Source: Cyanophora paradoxa CCMP329
Taxonomy: Eukaryota; Plantae; Glaucophyta
Assembly: GCA_004431415.1 (NCBI GenBank)
Contig: QPMI01000453.1
Span: 124,001 to 188,000 of the forward strand
Length of the DNA: 64,000 nucleotides
Direction of reading: 5' to 3'
Made by a program: the position numbers and the translations under genes
Notes under the pieces: model-generated
Seen by the model: the letters and a program-made list of their open reading frames with translations, nothing else
Told to the model about the DNA's origin: nothing
Databases searched by the model: none
In this document: piece by piece, positions 60,676-64,000 of the stretch
Layout of the letters: each line of letters starts with the position of its first letter
Numbering within the stretch: position 1 is the first letter of the stretch

Positions 60676-63600
60676 ATGTTCGTGGCTCCCTCGCCGTGGC
60701 CGTCCGGCGCCACGGCGGTCGCCGGCAGGCCCGCAGTGTGCACACAGGTGCGCTCGCTCCGGTGACCTGCGCGCAGTCCCGATGTTTGCCGATCCATTCG
60801 ATCGCAGGCACACCCGGACGCCTGCCAGCGCGTTCTCGAGAGAGATCACGTATCGTGGCTTCGCGGCGCGCAGCCGGCGCGTTCCTTCGGCTGGCGGCTC
60901 CCGTCGACAAATATCATGGTGCCGGCGGCTGACCGCCCGGCCCGCCATGAGGGCTTCGGCGTCGCGCTAGAGTCTCCGGCGTTGGGCGCTCACCGCGGCG
61001 GTCCGGCCGAGCCCCCCAGCGCCGAGGCGCAGCAGCAGCCCCAGCACGCCGCCGTGGATCACGGGGACGAGTTTGCGGAGCAGGCGGCACCCCCTATCCT
61101 CGGCTACATCGCCCGGGCGACGAGCGCTAGGGACGGGGCGGTGCTCTGGACGGCCTTCCTGCCGGACGGGAGCCCGCAGCTCGCGTGGCTGCTGAAGCGC
61201 GAGGACGAGGCCCGGCGCTACCGCGCGAACCTCCGCACGCGCAACGCTTCGAAGGCCGCTCGGGCGCTAAGTGCGCGGCCCGGGGCCAGGGGCGAGGCCG
61301 GCGGCGCCGCGAACGAGGCTGACGGGCGCGCTCAGGCGTCTCGCGGAAGGAGAAGATGGCGGAGCGGGCGGCGGCGACGCTGGCGAGCCTCCGGACGGCC
61401 CGCGCGGCTTTCGTGGCGGCCATCGGAGAGCACCGCGTCCGCGCCCTCGAGGCCGCCGACGGGGGGGACGACGGGGGGCCGGGCGGGGTACCGGGCACCG
61501 GGCGCCTGCGGCGGCGCCAGGCGGCAGTCGAGGAGATGTACGAGAGGGAGGGGGAGGAGCTCGGGGACCCGGGTACAGGGCTGGCCTCGGCCCTGCGGCG
61601 CGGCCTCGCGCTCCTCGCCGACCCGGCGCCCCTCTCGGAGGTCCCGTCCTCGACGTGGCCCCTCCCCCGCCTCGCGTGCGCCCGCGCGCGCGGACCCCGC
61701 CCACTTATTATCCGCGCCTAATGCTTGTCTGCGGCGCAGATCTGAGGCGGCGGCGGCGCTCGCAGCCATGGAGGAGGAGCGGAGGAAGGGGGCGGGCGGG
61801 CGGGCGGGCCCCGCGCAGCGCAAGCAGCACCTCTCGGCGTGGCGGCGCGTCGGGCGGGCGATCGCTCACCTGAGCGACGCGCGGAGCCGCTTCGAGGTCA
61901 AGCTGGCGGCGGCGGAGGCCGCCGGCGCCGCCGGCTCCGGCTCGGCCAAGGACGACAAGCTCAAGAAGCAGCAACAACAGGCAGAAGCGGACGCGAAGGC
62001 CGAAGAGGAGGAGGAGGGCGAGGTCCGTGTGGAGCTGGCGGCCGAGATCGAGGCGCTCTCGGCCCCCGTGACCAGCGCCGTACCCACCCTCGAGCGCTCC
62101 CTTCGTTCGCTCCTGCACGCGTTCCTCCCCTCGTTCGCCCGCGGCTCGCCGGCCCGGCGGGCCGCCCAGGCGAACGTTCTCCTGGCCCGCTTCGGGTGGA
62201 CGGGCTCCGAGGAGGCGGCGTCCCTAGGAGACGCCGGCGCCCTCTCGGGGTACTCCCGGTACGTGCGCACGCTCACCTGAGCTCTGATTTGATCCGCTCC
62301 GCTCCGCTCTGCCGTGCTTCGGGTCTCACCGGGCCCTTTACGCCCGCAGCGAGCGTGCACGGCAGCTCGAGCAGGGGGCCATCGCATCCCTTCCCGCCCC
62401 CGGCAACGTGCGTACCCCCCGACCGCCCCTGCCCTCCCCAGGCCAGGCCGAGGCCTAGGCGCCTAGGCGCCTGGAGACCCGCCCTTGTCCTAGCCTATAC
62501 GGCGTTCCTAAGCCCTGGACGCCTAAGTCCGCCCTACGCTAGACCCCTACGACCGGCCCGGCTCAAGCCTCGTTCGCAGCTCTTCATACCGGCGGCGCAC
62601 CGGGCACTGGAGGTTGCCTTCGGGCGCCTGGACGGGGGGGCTACGGGCCTCGTCCCCGCCGGCCCCTGCCCCGCCCTGCACGCCGCCGGCCTCACCGAGC
62701 GCGAAGACTTCCACCCGGCCTCGCTGCTCCGCCTCGTCGAGTACTGCACGGGCGGCGCCGGCCCGGCCTACGTCCACCTCGAGACGCAGGGGCTCGCCCC
62801 CTTTGTGGACGGCGACTCGGCCCCCTCGGAGGCCGCCGAGGCCGCTCTCCGGACCCTCTCGGGCCTCGCCGCCGCCTGCGGCCTGCCCGCCCCGACCGCC
62901 CCGCCCCCGCTGCCCGTACCCCCCGGAGGCCTGCCCTTCGTCCGCCCGCGCCCCGTGCCCCTGGCCTTCTTCGTTCGCGGGGAGGACGCGGCGTGGGCCG
63001 GGCGCGCGCTGGCGGCGGCGCGGGACGACCTGACGCTCCTAGGAGCCTCGTTCCCGGAGACCGTGGCCCTCTGGGGGCGCCTCGGCGGCCCCTCCCGCAT
63101 GACCAAGAACCGCATGGGCGAAAACGAGGAGGAGGAGGAGGAGGAGGAGGAGGAGGAGGACGAGGACGAGGAGGGAGAGGGGGCGGGGACCTCCGGTTCG
63201 GCGGAGGAGGCTTGGGAGGGAGAAGAAGAAGGGGGGGTAGGGGGATCCTCGCCCGGGTACAGCGGCGGGGCGGTGGACCTGGAGGAGGAGGAGGCCGAGC
63301 TGGCCCTGGCCGCCCTAGCGGCCGCGCAGCCCGGCATCATCCGGCCCATCGTGCCCCCCGGCGAGGGTGCGCACGCGTACCCCCCGTCCGTCTCGCGTGA
63401 CGGCTTCGCTTCGTTTAACTTGCTTCCTTCCTCTTTCGCTTGCCAGGCGGTCCGTTGGAGGAAGGGGAGGAGGAGGGGGATCGGCCCTGCGCGCGGGGGA
63501 TCATCGACGCCCGCCCGCTCCTCTCGTGCGCCGCAGCGGGCCGCGCCATTCTCTGCCTGGCCTCGGTCCTTCCTTGCTAAGCTTTGGCGCAGGGCGGCGC

Positions 63601-64000
63601 GCCTCTCGACGGGGGCGATGGGCCGGCGGGTCCCCGCCGTACACCGTACCCTCCTCCGCATGCTCGCCGCCGCGCGGTACTTCGGGCGGGCCAGCGCCCC
63701 GCTGGACGGCGTACCCCGCGCGCTCCGCGTCGCCGTCGCCGGATTGGTGCGCGAGGACGTCGGGCGGCCCACGGAGGGACTCGTGAACATGTACCGCGAG
63801 TTCGGTGCGCCCGCGCTGTACCCCCCTTCCACTTTCTCGCTCGTCTTTTTTTCGTCTCGTGATGCGTACCCCCCTTCTCTTTTTTTCGCAGGCTGGCCGA
63901 GGCCGCAGGACCTGCCGGCGATCGTCGCCAGCCACCCGGATCTGATCCTGTACCCCTCAGACCCCGCCCTCACCCACCCCTCCATCGCCCTCGGCCTCCC
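60676..64000 (+). CDS. Protein with an internal sigma-70 region-4-like HTH and possible plastid transit peptide; continues beyond the window
   Basis: Splicing 62259-62349 gives VLLARFGWTGSEEAASLGDAGALSGYSR|ERARQLEQGAIASL; N-terminus MFVAPSPW...; upstream introns keep frame. Confidence 0.7.

Noticed and set aside
1-64000. Numerous long Arg/Pro/Gly-rich ORFs overlapping the called genes
   Set aside because: Expected shadow ORFs in very GC-rich DNA; better-supported spliced genes occupy the same coordinates.
1-64000. Alternative genetic code or stop-codon readthrough
   Set aside because: In-frame stops in conserved genes fall within plausible introns, and genes end in TAA, TAG and TGA.

Overview
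GC-rich eukaryotic nuclear DNA with dense, mostly 50-100 nt spliceosomal introns, so most ORF-track entries are exon fragments or shadow ORFs. An alga or protist is likely; a glaucophyte-like alga is only a guess. By hand-splicing I find about 17 host genes: the 3' end of an unknown gene, a YeeZ-like SDR, an ATM1/ABCB6-like ABC half-transporter, a classical SDR, MIS12, two F-box-like genes, a CPBP/Abi protease, a stand-alone CofG (FO synthase), a KHDC4/RIK-like KH protein, an LRR protein, RPS3A, WDR74/NSA1, a putative transcription factor, PET127, a coiled-coil protein, and a protein with a sigma-70 region-4 HTH that runs off the window. A ~10 kb Helitron2/Helentron-type element (about 38429-48421) has both termini and a multi-exon Rep-PIF1 gene containing six symmetric Ser-rich micro-exons. 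A ~36-copy 101-bp satellite derived from a 3' splice-site region fills one ABC-gene intron. Window-wide oddities are non-coding DNA saturated with overlapping short palindromes, repeated duplication of exon-intron junctions, TAG/TAA-rich long introns, frequent GC-AG introns and a sense-strand GTACCCC motif. All protein assignments are by motif recognition, not database search, and exon boundaries are inferred without transcript data.
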